Of a stretch of DNA of 64,000 nucleotides, positions 38,837 to 48,997 are shown one piece after another; position 1 is the stretch's first letter; each line of letters begins with the position of its first letter. A program made the translations under genes and the position numbers. The DNA is from an uncultured Thermoleophilia bacterium. GTDB taxonomy: Bacteria; Actinomycetota; Thermoleophilia; UBA2241. The stretch lies in NCBI GenBank assembly GCA_963702475.1, contig CAVPCT010000006.1, positions 192,001 to 256,000 of the forward strand. The letters run 5' to 3'. The notes under the pieces were generated by a model that was not told the origin of the DNA, made no database searches, and saw only the letters and a list, made by a program, of their open reading frames with translations.

Positions 38837-39555
38837 CGGCGCCGCGCGCCTCGGGCGAAGCCGCGGTCTACGGTGTCGGCGTCGGTCCCGGAGACCCGGG
38901 CCTGCTCACCGTGCGCGCCGTCGAGGTGCTGCAGCGCGTGACGGCGGTGATGACGCCTGCGCCCAAGCGGGGCGGAGAGAGCCTCGCCCTCGAGATCGCG
39001 CGCATCCACCTGCCGGCCGGCTGCGAGGTGGTCTCCGGCCACTTTCCCATGACGGAGGACCGCGGGACCCTGCAGGCGGCGTGGGACGAGGCGGCGGCGA
39101 CGCTGCTGCGCCTCGCCGCCGTCTCCCCGCCCGTCGCTTTCATCACGCTCGGCGACGCCATGCTCTACAGCACCTGGAGTTATCTGCTGGCGGCCCTCCG
39201 GCGCCTCGCGCCCGGCCTTGCCGTCGAGACCGTGCCCGGCGTGACGGCCATGGCGGCCTGCGCGGCCGCGGTCGGCCGGCCGCTGGCGGAGGGCCGCGAA
39301 CCACTGCTCGTGTGGCCCGACGAACCGCCGGCCGACGCCGCCGGCCTGCTGGAGGTGGCGCCCAACCTGGTCTTCATGAAGGCAGGACGACACCTGGACG
39401 CGCTCGCCGACCTGGCCGACGCGTCCGGCGCGCAGGCCGTCGCCGTGCGCCGCGCCTCCCAGGAGCAGGGCGCCTTCACGGGCGACCTGCGCGCTTGGGC
39501 CGGCGGGCGCGAGTACTTCACCACCGTCCTCATGCACCGGGAGGAGAGCGAATGA
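38833..39555 (+). CDS. cbiL: Cobalt-precorrin-2 C20-methyltransferase
   Basis: YGVGVGPGDPGLLTVRA, SLALEIA, FPMT, FITLGDAMLYST, VPGVTA, VFMK. Confidence 0.92.
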   Translation: MTAPRASGEAAVYGVGVGPGDPGLLTVRAVEVLQRVTAVMTPAPKRGGESLALEIARIHLPAGCEVVSGHFPMTEDRGTLQAAWDEAAATLLRLAAVSPPVAFITLGDAMLYSTWSYLLAALRRLAPGLAVETVPGVTAMAACAAAVGRPLAEGREPLLVWPDEPPADAAGLLEVAPNLVFMKAGRHLDALADLADASGAQAVAVRRASQEQGAFTGDLRAWAGGREYFTTVLMHREESE

Positions 39556-40379
39556 TCTGGTTCGTCGGCGCGGGCCCGGGCGACCCCGAGCTCATCACCG
39601 TCAAAGGCCGCCGCCTTCTCGAGGAGGCGGACGTGGTCGTGTACGCGGGCTCGCTGGTTCCCAAGGCCGTGCTCACCTGGACGCGCGAGGGCTGCGAGCT
39701 GCACGACAGCGCCGCGATGACGCTCGGCGAGCAGGTCGAGGTCATGGCGGCAGGCGAGGCGGCGGGCAGGAAGGTGGTCCGCCTGCACACCGGCGATCCG
39801 AGCATCTACGGCGCCATCGGCGAGCAGATGAGGGCCCTCGACGCACACGGCGTGAGCTATCAGGTCGTGCCGGGCGTGAGCTCGTTCGTGGCCGCCGCCG
39901 CGGCCCTGCCGGTGGAGCTGACGTCCCCCGGCATCTCGCAGGCCGTGATCATCACTCGGCAGGCAGGGCGCACGCCGGTGCCCGACGGCCAGGACATCGC
40001 CGGGCTGGCGGCACACGGCGCGACCATGGCCATCTTCCTCTCGGCCGGCGACCTCGACGGGACGGTCGCGGACCTCTGCCGGCACTACCCGAGGGACACG
40101 GCCACGGCCATCGTGCAACGCGCCTCGTGGCCGGAGCAGGTGGTCCTGCGCGGCACGCTGGCGACGATCGCCCGGCAGGCGCGGGAGGCCGGCGTCGACC
40201 GCACGGCGATGATCCTCGTGGGCAACGCGCTGCGCAACGAGGGCGACCCGTCGCTGCTGTACGACGCCGGGTTCACGCACGGGTACCGGGTGGCCGAGGA
40301 GCCGGGCGTCACTGCCGCCGGCCCCGGCCCCGACTGCCCCGCCGCGCCGCCCGCGGACTCCGCCGGAGCCGCCGAGTGA
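39552..40379 (+). CDS. cbiF: Cobalt-precorrin-4 C11-methyltransferase
   Basis: MIWFVGAGPGDPELITVKG, YAGSLV, RLHTGDPSIYGAIGEQ, GRTPVP, SLLYDAGFTHGYR. Confidence 0.95.
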   Translation: MIWFVGAGPGDPELITVKGRRLLEEADVVVYAGSLVPKAVLTWTREGCELHDSAAMTLGEQVEVMAAGEAAGRKVVRLHTGDPSIYGAIGEQMRALDAHGVSYQVVPGVSSFVAAAAALPVELTSPGISQAVIITRQAGRTPVPDGQDIAGLAAHGATMAIFLSAGDLDGTVADLCRHYPRDTATAIVQRASWPEQVVLRGTLATIARQAREAGVDRTAMILVGNALRNEGDPSLLYDAGFTHGYRVAEEPGVTAAGPGPDCPAAPPADSAGAAE

Positions 40380-41212
40380 CCATCCGCTTCGACAGGCCCG
40401 GTCCCATCGCGCTCGTCGCCGTGTCCGAGGAGGGCGCGCGGCTCGGGCTCGGACTGCGCGAGCGGTTCGCCGAGCCCGGGCGTGTCACGTTGTGGGCGGC
40501 CAGGAAGTACATCCCCGAGGTGCGCGTGTACGAGGGCGGCATGCAGGCGTTCACCGGCGCACTGTGGCCGGACCACGCCGCCATCGTCGGCATCATGGCC
40601 AGCGGCATCATGGTCCGCGCCATCGCGCCGCACGTGGCCAGCAAGTACGAGGACCCGGCGGTCATCGTGGTCGACGACGCCGGGCGGTACGTCATCAGCC
40701 TGCTGTCCGGGCACGAGGGCGGCGCCAACCGGCTGGCCGAGCAGATCGCCGGCGAGACCAACGGACTGCCCATCGTGACGACCGGCAGCGAGGCGCGGCG
40801 GCGCATCGTGCTCGGCATCGGCGCGCGCAGAGGCGTGAGCGAAGAGCAGGTGCTGGCGGCGGTGGACGAAGCGCTTGCCGCCGCCGGCATGACCCGCGAC
40901 GACGTGCGCGCCGTCGCGACCATCGACCTCAAGAAGGACGAAGCGGGCATCCTGGCCGCAGCCGAGCGGCTGGGCGTGCCCGTGCAGATCATCGGCCGGG
41001 AGCGCATCCGCGCCTTGCAGGACGTGCTGCGCGAACCGGGATTCGTGGAACAGATCACAGGAGTGGCCGCGGTATGCGAACCGGCAGCGATGCTGGCCGG
41101 CGCCCAGACGGAGCTCCTCTCGCGCCGGACGGCGCGGGACGGGGTGACGGTGGCGCTGGCGCAGGACATCTGTGGCTCGTCGGCCTGGGACCAGGCGGAC
41201 GAGAGCATTTGA
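40376..41212 (+). CDS. cbiG: Cobalt-precorrin-5A hydrolase
   Basis: MASGIMVRAIAP, DPAVIVVDD, ISLLSGHEGGANRLA, LGIGARRG, TIDLKKDEAG, VCEPAA. Confidence 0.92.
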   Translation: MTIRFDRPGPIALVAVSEEGARLGLGLRERFAEPGRVTLWAARKYIPEVRVYEGGMQAFTGALWPDHAAIVGIMASGIMVRAIAPHVASKYEDPAVIVVDDAGRYVISLLSGHEGGANRLAEQIAGETNGLPIVTTGSEARRRIVLGIGARRGVSEEQVLAAVDEALAAAGMTRDDVRAVATIDLKKDEAGILAAAERLGVPVQIIGRERIRALQDVLREPGFVEQITGVAAVCEPAAMLAGAQTELLSRRTARDGVTVALAQDICGSSAWDQADESI

Positions 41213-41890
41213 CGGCGGCGGCGGTCGCGGCGCTCACCGCCGCGGACGTCGTGGTCGGCTACAAGCCGTACCTCGAGCTGGTCGCCGACCTGGCGGCCGG
41301 CAAGCGCACTGTCGCCAGCGGCATGCGCCAGGAGACGGCGCGGGCCGAGGCGGCCGTCGCCGAGGCGACGGCCGGCGCCCGCGTGGCCGTCATCAGCACC
41401 GGCGACGCCGGCGTGTACGGCATGGCCGGTCTCGTGCTGGAACTGCTGCCCGTGGGGTCGCCGGTCACCGTGGAGGTCGTGCCCGGCGTGACCGCGGCCA
41501 GCGCCGCGGCCGCCTGCCTGGGCGCTCCGCTGATGAACGACTTCGCCGTGGTCAGCCTCAGCGACCTGCTCACCCCGCTGGAGGTCATCGAGCGACGCCT
41601 CGCGGCGGCCGCCGACGGCGACTTCGTCCTCGCGCTCTACAACCCGCGCAGCACGAAACGGCACGTGCCGCTGCGCCGTGCGCTGGCGATCCTGCGCGAG
41701 CGGCGCGCAGCCGGGCACGCCGGTGGGCATGGTCCGCAACGCCCTGCGCGACGGGCAGGAGACCCGCGTGACGACGCTCGGCGAGCTGCGCGAGGAGGAC
41801 GTCGACATGCTCACCATCCTCATCGTCGGCAACAGCACGACCGTCATTCGCGACGGACGTATCGTGACCCCTCGGGGGTACCGCACGTGA
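41074..41890 (+). CDS. cbiH: Cobalt-factor III/precorrin-3 C17-methyltransferase; overlaps cbiG 3' end, frameshift near 41712, start uncertain
   Basis: LWLVGLGPGG, VGYKPYL, STGDAGVYGMAG, LGAPLMNDF, SLSDLLTP, YNPRS, VDMLT, TPRGY. Confidence 0.9.
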
Positions 41891-43255
41891 TCCTCCTGCT
41901 CGGAGGGACGGGCGACGCGCGCGAGCTGGCGGCCAAGCTGCGGCGCGCCGGTCACGACGTGCTGCGTGAGCACCGTGAGCGAGTACGGCGCCCGCCTGGC
42001 GGCGGGCGCCGGCGCCGAGGTCCGCAGCGGCGCTCTGGACGAGGCCGAGCTGGACGGGCTCGTCGGTGAGGCGGTCGCCGTCGTGGACGCGACACACCCG
42101 TTCGCCGCGGCGATCTCCGCGGCGGCGGAGGCGGCCTGCGAACGGCGCGGCCGGCCGTACCTGAGGTTCGCGCGGCCGGCTCGCGAGCTCGGCGACGGCG
42201 TCGTGCGCGCGACGGACGCCGCGAAGGCCGCGCGCCTGGCGGTGGTCGCGGCGCTCGCCGGGGCGCGCGATGAGGCGGCCGGCGGTGCGCCGCCGGCGAT
42301 CCTGCTCACCGTCGGCAGCAAGACGGTGGACGTGTACGCGCGTGCGGCCCGCGAAGCCGGTGTGCGCGTGGTCGCCCGCGTGCTCCCGGTCCCTGAGTCG
42401 TTGGCGGCCTGTGCCGCTGCCGGCCTGGAGCCGCGCGACATCGTGGCCATGCAGGGGCCGACGACGGCGGAGGTGGACGCCGCGCTGCTCCGTCACCTGG
42501 GCGCGAGCGTCCTGGTGACGAAGGACAGCGGCGACGCCGGCGGTCTGGGCGAGAAGCTGCGCGCCGCCGAGCTGGCCGGCGCAACGGCCGTCGTCGTCGC
42601 GCGACCCGGATCGGCCGCCGCCGGCGAGGCTGCGCCGGCCGGCGCTGAAGCCTCGGACGTCACCGCCGTGCTCGCCTGGCTCGCGGGGATCGGCAGGCGA
42701 TCCGAGGGCACGCCGAAGGCCGGCGCGGACCGGAGCCTCTCGCGCGGCCTCCTGCAGGTCTACACCGGTGACGGCAAGGGCAAGACCACCGCCGCCGCCG
42801 GCCTGGCGCTGCGCGCCCGCGGCGCCGGCCTGCAGGTCGTCTTCGTCCAGTTCGTCAAAGGCGGAACAGAGAGTTCGGAGCTGGCGCCGCTGCGCGCCTC
42901 CGGAGTGCGTGTCGAGCGCCCTGCGGTCGCGCGCAGCGGCCTGCTCCGAGGAGAAGTGACGCCTGAAGACCGGGCCGCCGCCGCCGCGGCCTGGGCCGCG
43001 GCCCGGGCGGCCCTGACCGACGGGTCCTGCGACCTCGTGGTGCTCGACGAGCTGCACGCCGCCCTGCGGCACGAGCTCGTCGAGCTGGACGAGGTCCTCG
43101 CTGCGCTCGAGGCTCGTCCGGCGCACCAGGAGGTCGTGACCACCGGCCGCGGCGCGCCGCAGGCGCTGCTCGACGCGGCCGGTCTGATCACCGAGATGAC
43201 CGTCATGCGCCACCCGTATCCCGACGTCCCCGCCCGCAGAGGAATCGAGCTGTGA
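41887..43255 (+). CDS. cbiJ: CbiJ (precorrin-6A reductase)-BtuR/CobO (corrinoid adenosyltransferase) fusion; frameshift near 41964
   Basis: MILLLGGTGDAREL, VVDATHPFA, YLRFARP, AMQGP, VTKDSGDAGG, then in frame GLLQVYTGDGKGKTTAA, QFVKG, LDEL, TTGRGAP, RRGIEL. Confidence 0.88.
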
Positions 43256-44876
43256 ACCCTTCGCCGTCGCCCGCCACGCCCGCCCGTCCGGCCCCCAGCA
43301 CCGCATCAGTCACCGGCTCCCGACAGTCCGGCGCCCGCGCCGTCATGTGCGTCGGCACCGGCTCGCACGCCGGCAAGAGTGTGCTGGCAGCCGCCCTCTG
43401 CCGCATCTACGCACGCCGCGGCTACCGCGTCGCGCCGTTCAAGTCCCAGAACATGGCCCTCAACTCGTTCGTCACGCCGGAGGGCGGCGAGCTCGGCCGC
43501 GCGCAGGCGTACCAGGCGCGCGCGGCTGGGGTCGAGCCGCACGTGGACATGAATCCGGTGCTGCTCAAACCGAGCTCTCAGACCGGCAGCCAGGTCATCG
43601 TCCTCGGCCGTCCCGTGCGCCACATGTCGGTGCGCGAGTACCACGCGTACCAAGCCGAGGCGTGGCCGATCGTCACCGCCGCCTACGAGCGCCTGCGCGC
43701 CGTCAACGACCTCATCGTCATCGAGGGTGCCGGCAGCCCGGCCGAGATCAACCTCCGCGGCCAGGACATCGTCAACATGAAGGTCGCGCTCTACGCCCAG
43801 TGCCCCGTGTTGCTCATCGGCGACATCGACCGCGGCGGTGTGTTCGCCAGTCTGGTAGGCCACATGGAGCTGTTCACGCCGGAGGAGCGCGAGCGCGTCG
43901 CAGCGTTCGTCATCAACAAGTTCCGCGGGGACGCGAGCCTGCTGGACTCCGGCATCGAGTTCCTGCAGGAGCGGACCGGCGTGCCGACCCTGGGCGTCGT
44001 GCCCATGCTCACCGATTGGCGCGGGGACGAGGAAGACTCGCTCGGCATCGAGGACCGGCGGCGCCGGGCGAAGCCGGATGCGCCGCTGCAGGTCGCCGTC
44101 GTGCGCCTGCCGTTCATCAGCAACTACACGGACTTCGACGCCCTTGCCGACGAGCCGGACGTGAACGTGCGGTACGCGACGACGCCGGCAGAGCTGGACG
44201 GTGCGGCCGCGGTCGTGCTGCCCGGCACCAAGAGCACGATCGCCGACCTGCGAGTGGCTGCGAGACGAGCGGCATGGCGGCGGCGGTGCTGGCGCGGGCC
44301 GCCGCCGGCACGCCTGTGCTCGGCGTGTGCGGCGGCTACCAGATGCTCGGCCGCCGCATCCACGACCCCGAGCATGTCGAGTCCGACGCCGGCAGCGTCG
44401 ACGGCCTCGGCCTGCTCGACGTCGAGACGACGTTCGCCGGCGACAAGCGCACCGTGCGTGTGGAGGGCGAGTTGCTCGGCGCCGGGGACGGCACGCCGTC
44501 GGCCCTCGGCCCGGCCGGCACGCCGTTGCACGGCTACGAGATCCACATGGGCCGGACCACGCTCGGCTCCGGCGCCGCGCCGCTGCTGCGGCTGCGCGGC
44601 GCCGACGGCTCGGTGCACGACGACGGCGCCGTCTCGGCCGCCCCGGCTTCGCCCGCCGCCCCCACGGCCGTCTGCGGCAGCTACGTGCACGGCATCTTCG
44701 ACCATCCGGCTTTGGGCGGCGCGTTCCTCGACGGGCTCCGCGCCGCCCGCGGCCTGCCGCTCCGCGGCGCGACCGCGACCCCGCCCGACGACGACATCGA
44801 CCGCCTCGCCGACCACGTCGAGGCCCATCTGGACGCCGAGCTCCTCGAACGCATCGTCGGCTTGGAGGCACGATGA
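43252..44876 (+). CDS. cbiP: Cobyric acid synthase; frameshift near 44250
   Basis: GTGSHAGKS, APFKSQNMALNS, MNPVLLKP, IEGAGSPAEIN, DIDRGG, ISNYTDF, GVCGGYQMLG, GYEIHMG, SYVHGIFD. Confidence 0.93.
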
Positions 44877-46445
44877 CCGACCACATCGCCACTGCGATCG
44901 TCACCCCGGAGGGTGACCTGGCGTCTGACGTCACCCCCGAGGGTGACGTTCCTGAGGGCGTCGTTCCCGGCACCGTCTACCTCGTCGGCGCCGGCCCCGG
45001 CGACCCCGGGCTGCTGACCCGTCATGGCGCCGACGCCCTCTCCCGCGCCGACGTCGTCGTCTACGACCGTCTCGCGGACAACTCGATGCTTTCCCTCGCG
45101 CCGGCCGACGCCGAGCTGATCTACGTGGGCAAGCAGGCCGCCGTGCACGCCGTGCCGCAGAAGCGCATCAACGAGTTGCTGGCCGAGCACGCGCTGCAGG
45201 GCAAGTGCGTCGTGCGCCTCAAAGGCGGCGACCCGTTCGTGTTCGGTCGCGGCGGCGAGGAGGCCACGCATCTGCGTGAGCGCGGCGTGCCGTTCATCGT
45301 CGTCCCCGGGGTGAGCTCGTCCATCGCCGCCCCAGCCTACGCGGGCATCCCAGTCACCGACCGCCGGTACGCCAGCAGCTTCGCCGTCATCACCGGGCAC
45401 GAGGACCCGACCAAGCCGTGCTCGCGGGTCGACTGGGCCGGCGTCGCCAAGGGCGCCGACACCCTGGTGTTCCTCATGGCACTGACCAATCTGAAGGCAG
45501 TGGCAGAGCGGCTGATCGTCGAGGGCCGCCCGGCGGAGACCCCTGCGGCCGTCATCGAACGCGGCACCACGCCTGGCCAGCGCGTCGTCACCGGCACCCT
45601 GGCCGACATCGAGGCGCGTGTGCGGAGCGCCGGCCTGCACCCTCCGGCGCTCATCGTCGTCGGCGAGGTCGTGAAGCTGCGCGACGTGCTCGCCTGGCAC
45701 GACACGCAGCCGCTGGCCGGGCGCCGCATCCTGGTGCCCCGCGTGCGGCGGCGTCCCAGCGAGATCGTGCGGCTGCTCAAGGCCGCCGGCGCCGACACCG
45801 CCGAGGTGCCGGTGCTGCGCTCCGACACCCTGCCGGCGGCGCCGGACCTGGTGCAGCGTCTGCACGCGGCGGCATGGCTCGTGTTCACCTCGCCGGGCGG
45901 CCTGGATGCGTTGCTCGAGCAGCTTGCGGAGCTGGGCCTCGACGTGCGCGCCCTCGGCGCCGCGCGGGTCGCGGCCGTCGGTCCCGCCACTGCCGCGCAC
46001 CTGCGCCGTCACGGCCTGCGCGTCGATCACGACGCCGGAGACCCCGGCGAGCTTCGTGCCGGCCTGCCGGACGTGCGCGGAGCGACCCTGCTGCTGATCG
46101 GCGAGGCCCGCGGGGAGACGACCACGTGGCCCGCGGCCTCGACGCCCTCGCCGCCCAGGTCATCGTCACGCCGGTGTTCCGCATCGCCGTCGATGACCGC
46201 GCCCCGCTGCCCCCGGTGGACGAGTTCGACGCCGTGGCGTTCGCCAGCTCGAACACGGCACGGCGCTTTCTGGAGGCCTACCCGGACGGGCCGGCCGACG
46301 GGCAGTACCTGGTGAGCATCGGGCCTTCCACGACGGCGACGGCCCGGTCGTTGGGACTCCGGGTGGACGACGAGGCGGCAGAGTCGTCGCCTGCGGCCGT
46401 GGTACGGCTGATCATCGAGAGGCTCGGCCCGGCGGCGCGTCGTGA
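44873..46445 (+). CDS. cobA: Uroporphyrinogen-III C-methyltransferase/uroporphyrinogen-III synthase fusion (CobA-HemD); frameshift near 46118, 3' end uncertain
   Basis: YLVGAGPGDPGLLT, VYDRL, RLKGGDPFVFGRGGEE, VPGVSS, TGHEDP, then PLAGRRILV, VFTSPGG, AAVGPATA, FASS, SIGPSTT. Confidence 0.88.
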
Positions 46446-46489
46446 CGCACGGGTCCTTCGATCAGCCGCGACTGCCGCGGCTCCGCGGG

Positions 46490-47210
46490 TCAGGACTCCG
46501 GGCTGGCCTCGGCCAGCACGCGCACGAGCACGGCGCGCGCCTGTACCTCGGCCTCAGCGGCCTGCCGGCAGCCGCCAACAGCCGCGCCAGCGGCAGGTCG
46601 AGCACCTCGTGCCAGGCCGCGCGCCGCGCGGCCGGCGGGACGCCGGCCGCGATCGCGCGCGGCTCCCACTCGGCCCTGAGGCGTCCGAGCAGCTCAGTGA
46701 GCGCGCCCCACTCGGGGCCGAACTCGGCGTCCAGCCGTTCGCGGATGCGGCGCGCGAGCGCGGGGCTCGCGCCGCCGGTCGAGACCGCGATGCGCAGCGC
46801 GCCGCGGCGCACGACGGCCGGCAGCACCACGTCGCCTTCGTCCGGCTCGTCCACGACGTTCACCCATACGCCGCGCTCGCGCGCGAGCCGCGCGACGCGG
46901 GCGTTGAGCTCGCGGTCGTCGCTGGCCGCCACCGAGAGCGTGACGCCGTCGAGGTCGTCGTCGCGGAACGGTCGCAGCGTGACCGTCACGCCGCCGGGCA
47001 TCGCCAGGCACTGGGGAGCAACCACCGTGACGGCGCGCCCGCCTCGGCCAGGCCCTCCGCCTTGCGCTGCGCCACGACACCGCCGCCCACCACGAGGCAG
47101 GGACGCCCGCGCAGGTCGAGCCCGGCCTGGTACAGGCGCCGGGGCTCGTGGCCGCCGGCGGCCCCGGCACCCGTCCTCGCGTCGTCAGGCTCTGGTGCTT
47201 GCTCGCTCAC
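46490..47210 (-). CDS. Precorrin-2 dehydrogenase/ferrochelatase (SirC/CysG N-terminal/Met8-like), antisense to the cob operon; frameshifts near 47040 and 46560
   Basis: LDLRGRPCLVVGGGVVAQRKAEGL, VVAP, VNVVDEP, PAVVRRGALRIAVSTGGASPALARRIR. Confidence 0.88.
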
Positions 47211-47263
47211 GCCGCACAGGATACACGCCGCTCGTGCGGCCTTGTCGCCGGGGGGAGCTGACC

Positions 47264-48997
47264 GTGCACATCATGGAGGGCTACCTGCCGCCGCTGTACG
47301 CCGCCGTCTGGACGGTCGCCTCGGCGCCGGCCGTGGTGCAGAGCGTGCGCAGCACGGCGCGCATCGTCAACGAGAAGCGCTCGTCGCTGCTTCTCCTCGG
47401 CGCGGCCGGCGGCTTCTGCTTCGTGCTCTCGGCCCTCAAGCTCCCGTCGGTCACCGGCAGCTCATCGCACCCCACGGGGGTAGGCCTGGGGGCGATCCTG
47501 TTCGGACCCTGGGTGATGGTCCTCGTGGGGACCATCGTGCTCGCCTTCCAGGCGCTTCTGCTCGGTCACGGCGGCATCACGACCCTGGGAGCCAATGTCT
47601 TCTCCATGGCCATAGTGGGCTCGTTCGTCGCGTACTTCACGTGGCGCCTCGCCCGGCGTAGAGGTCTCTCGATGCCGGTGTCCGCGTTCCTCGCCGCCAT
47701 GTTCAGCGACCTTGCGACCTACCTGACCACGTCTGTGCAGTTGGCCTGGGCGTTTCCCGACCCAGCCGGGGGCTTCATCGGATCCCTGGCCAAGTTCGCC
47801 GGGGTGTTCGCGTTCACGCAGCTGCCCCTCGCGGTCGTGGAGGGTGTCCTGACCATGCTCGTGGTCCAGACGCTCCTCGCCCACGGGCGCGCCGACCTGG
47901 CCGCCACCGGCTTGCTCGAAGACGACAAGACCCCGGCCGTGGCCTTTCGCAAGGTCGCTGTGGCCGGCGGCCTCGCCGTGCTTGTCGTCGTGGCCGCCGC
48001 CGCTCTCGTATCGTTCGGTGTGCTGGATCTCGGTGGTTCGGACGACAAGGCGCAGGCCGCCGTCGACGCGCTCCGGCCGGGCTACACGCCGTGGTTCCGG
48101 ACGCTCTGGGAACCGGGGAGCTCGGGTCTGGAGAGCGCTCTCTTCGCGCTGCAGGCGGCGATCGGCGTAGCCGCCATCAGCCTCTACGTGCGGCACGTGC
48201 GCCGCCGCCGCCGCGACATGTCGCGACGCGAGCAGGGCGGCGGCCTGAACCTCATCGACAGCGCCGCCCACGGCAACCGCATCGCCCGTGCGAGTGCGGT
48301 GGAGAAGATGACCTTCACGGCAGGGATGCTGCTGCTCGCCCTGGTCCTGCCGCCGATACCCGGGGACCTGTTCGTCATCGCCGCGGCCGTGATCGCGACG
48401 CTCGCCGTGGCGCGTATCCCGTTGCGCGTCTACGCCAAGGTCATGGCGATCCCGCTCGTCTTCCTGCTCATCGGCGTGGTGCCTCTGCTCTTCAGTCTCA
48501 CGCTCGGCGGCCCTGGGCTCCTGCGTCTTTCGGCGGCCCCGGACGGACCGCAGCTCGCGCTGCGCGTGGCGCTGCGCGCGGCCGCCGGCCTCACCAGTCT
48601 CATCTTCCTGGCTCTCTCCACCCCCCTGCCGCAGATCCTGCTGGCCCTGCGCCGCATGGGCATGCCGGCGGTGGTCGTCGAGGTCGCGGCGCTCGTCTAC
48701 CGCTCCATCTGGACCTTCGTCGAGACGGTCGCGGCCACCCGCCGCGCCCAGGCGGCGCGGCTGGGGTATCGCTCGTTCCGCAGCTCGTACCGCTCGTTGG
48801 GCATGCTGACCGCCTCGTTCTTCGGCCGCTCCCTGCAGCGCGCCCGTGCCCTGGAGAACGGCCTCGCGGCGCGCAACTGGCACGGTGAGCTCCGCGTGCT
48901 CGACGAGGAGGCGGCGGTGTGCGTCAAGCACGTGACGCTGATCATCGGCCTGCAGGCCGTCATCGTCCTGCTTACGCTGCTCTGGGTGCTGCAGTGA
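47264..48997 (+). CDS. cbiM: Cobalt ECF transporter CbiM-CbiN-CbiQ triple fusion
   Basis: Starts M-H-I-MEGYLP; SALKLPSVTGSSSHPTG, HGGITTLGAN (CbiM); GGSDD...PGYTPWF...ESALFALQAAIG (CbiN); IDSAAHGNR...STP...YRSI...AQAARLGY...GLAAR (CbiQ), all in one frame. Confidence 0.88.
   Translation: MHIMEGYLPPLYAAVWTVASAPAVVQSVRSTARIVNEKRSSLLLLGAAGGFCFVLSALKLPSVTGSSSHPTGVGLGAILFGPWVMVLVGTIVLAFQALLLGHGGITTLGANVFSMAIVGSFVAYFTWRLARRRGLSMPVSAFLAAMFSDLATYLTTSVQLAWAFPDPAGGFIGSLAKFAGVFAFTQLPLAVVEGVLTMLVVQTLLAHGRADLAATGLLEDDKTPAVAFRKVAVAGGLAVLVVVAAAALVSFGVLDLGGSDDKAQAAVDALRPGYTPWFRTLWEPGSSGLESALFALQAAIGVAAISLYVRHVRRRRRDMSRREQGGGLNLIDSAAHGNRIARASAVEKMTFTAGMLLLALVLPPIPGDLFVIAAAVIATLAVARIPLRVYAKVMAIPLVFLLIGVVPLLFSLTLGGPGLLRLSAAPDGPQLALRVALRAAAGLTSLIFLALSTPLPQILLALRRMGMPAVVVEVAALVYRSIWTFVETVAATRRAQAARLGYRSFRSSYRSLGMLTASFFGRSLQRARALENGLAARNWHGELRVLDEEAAVCVKHVTLIIGLQAVIVLLTLLWVLQ

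Noticed and set aside
38197-39555. Apparent CbiT-CbiL fusion in the ORF track
   Set aside because: The CbiT C-terminus lies in another frame and ends at a GTGA overlap (38833-38836) with a GGAGG RBS for cbiL. The fusion is an indel artefact.
40376-41890. Possible CbiG-CbiH fusion
   Set aside because: The two are in different frames, and cbiH has a plausible overlapping ATG at 41074 with an AGGAG upstream. A fusion is not supported without polishing.
44899-44970. Short tandem repeat at the cobA 5' end (VTPEGD twice plus VPEG)
   Set aside because: A local in-frame duplication in a disordered N-terminal tail, with no sign of a CRISPR-like or regulatory array.
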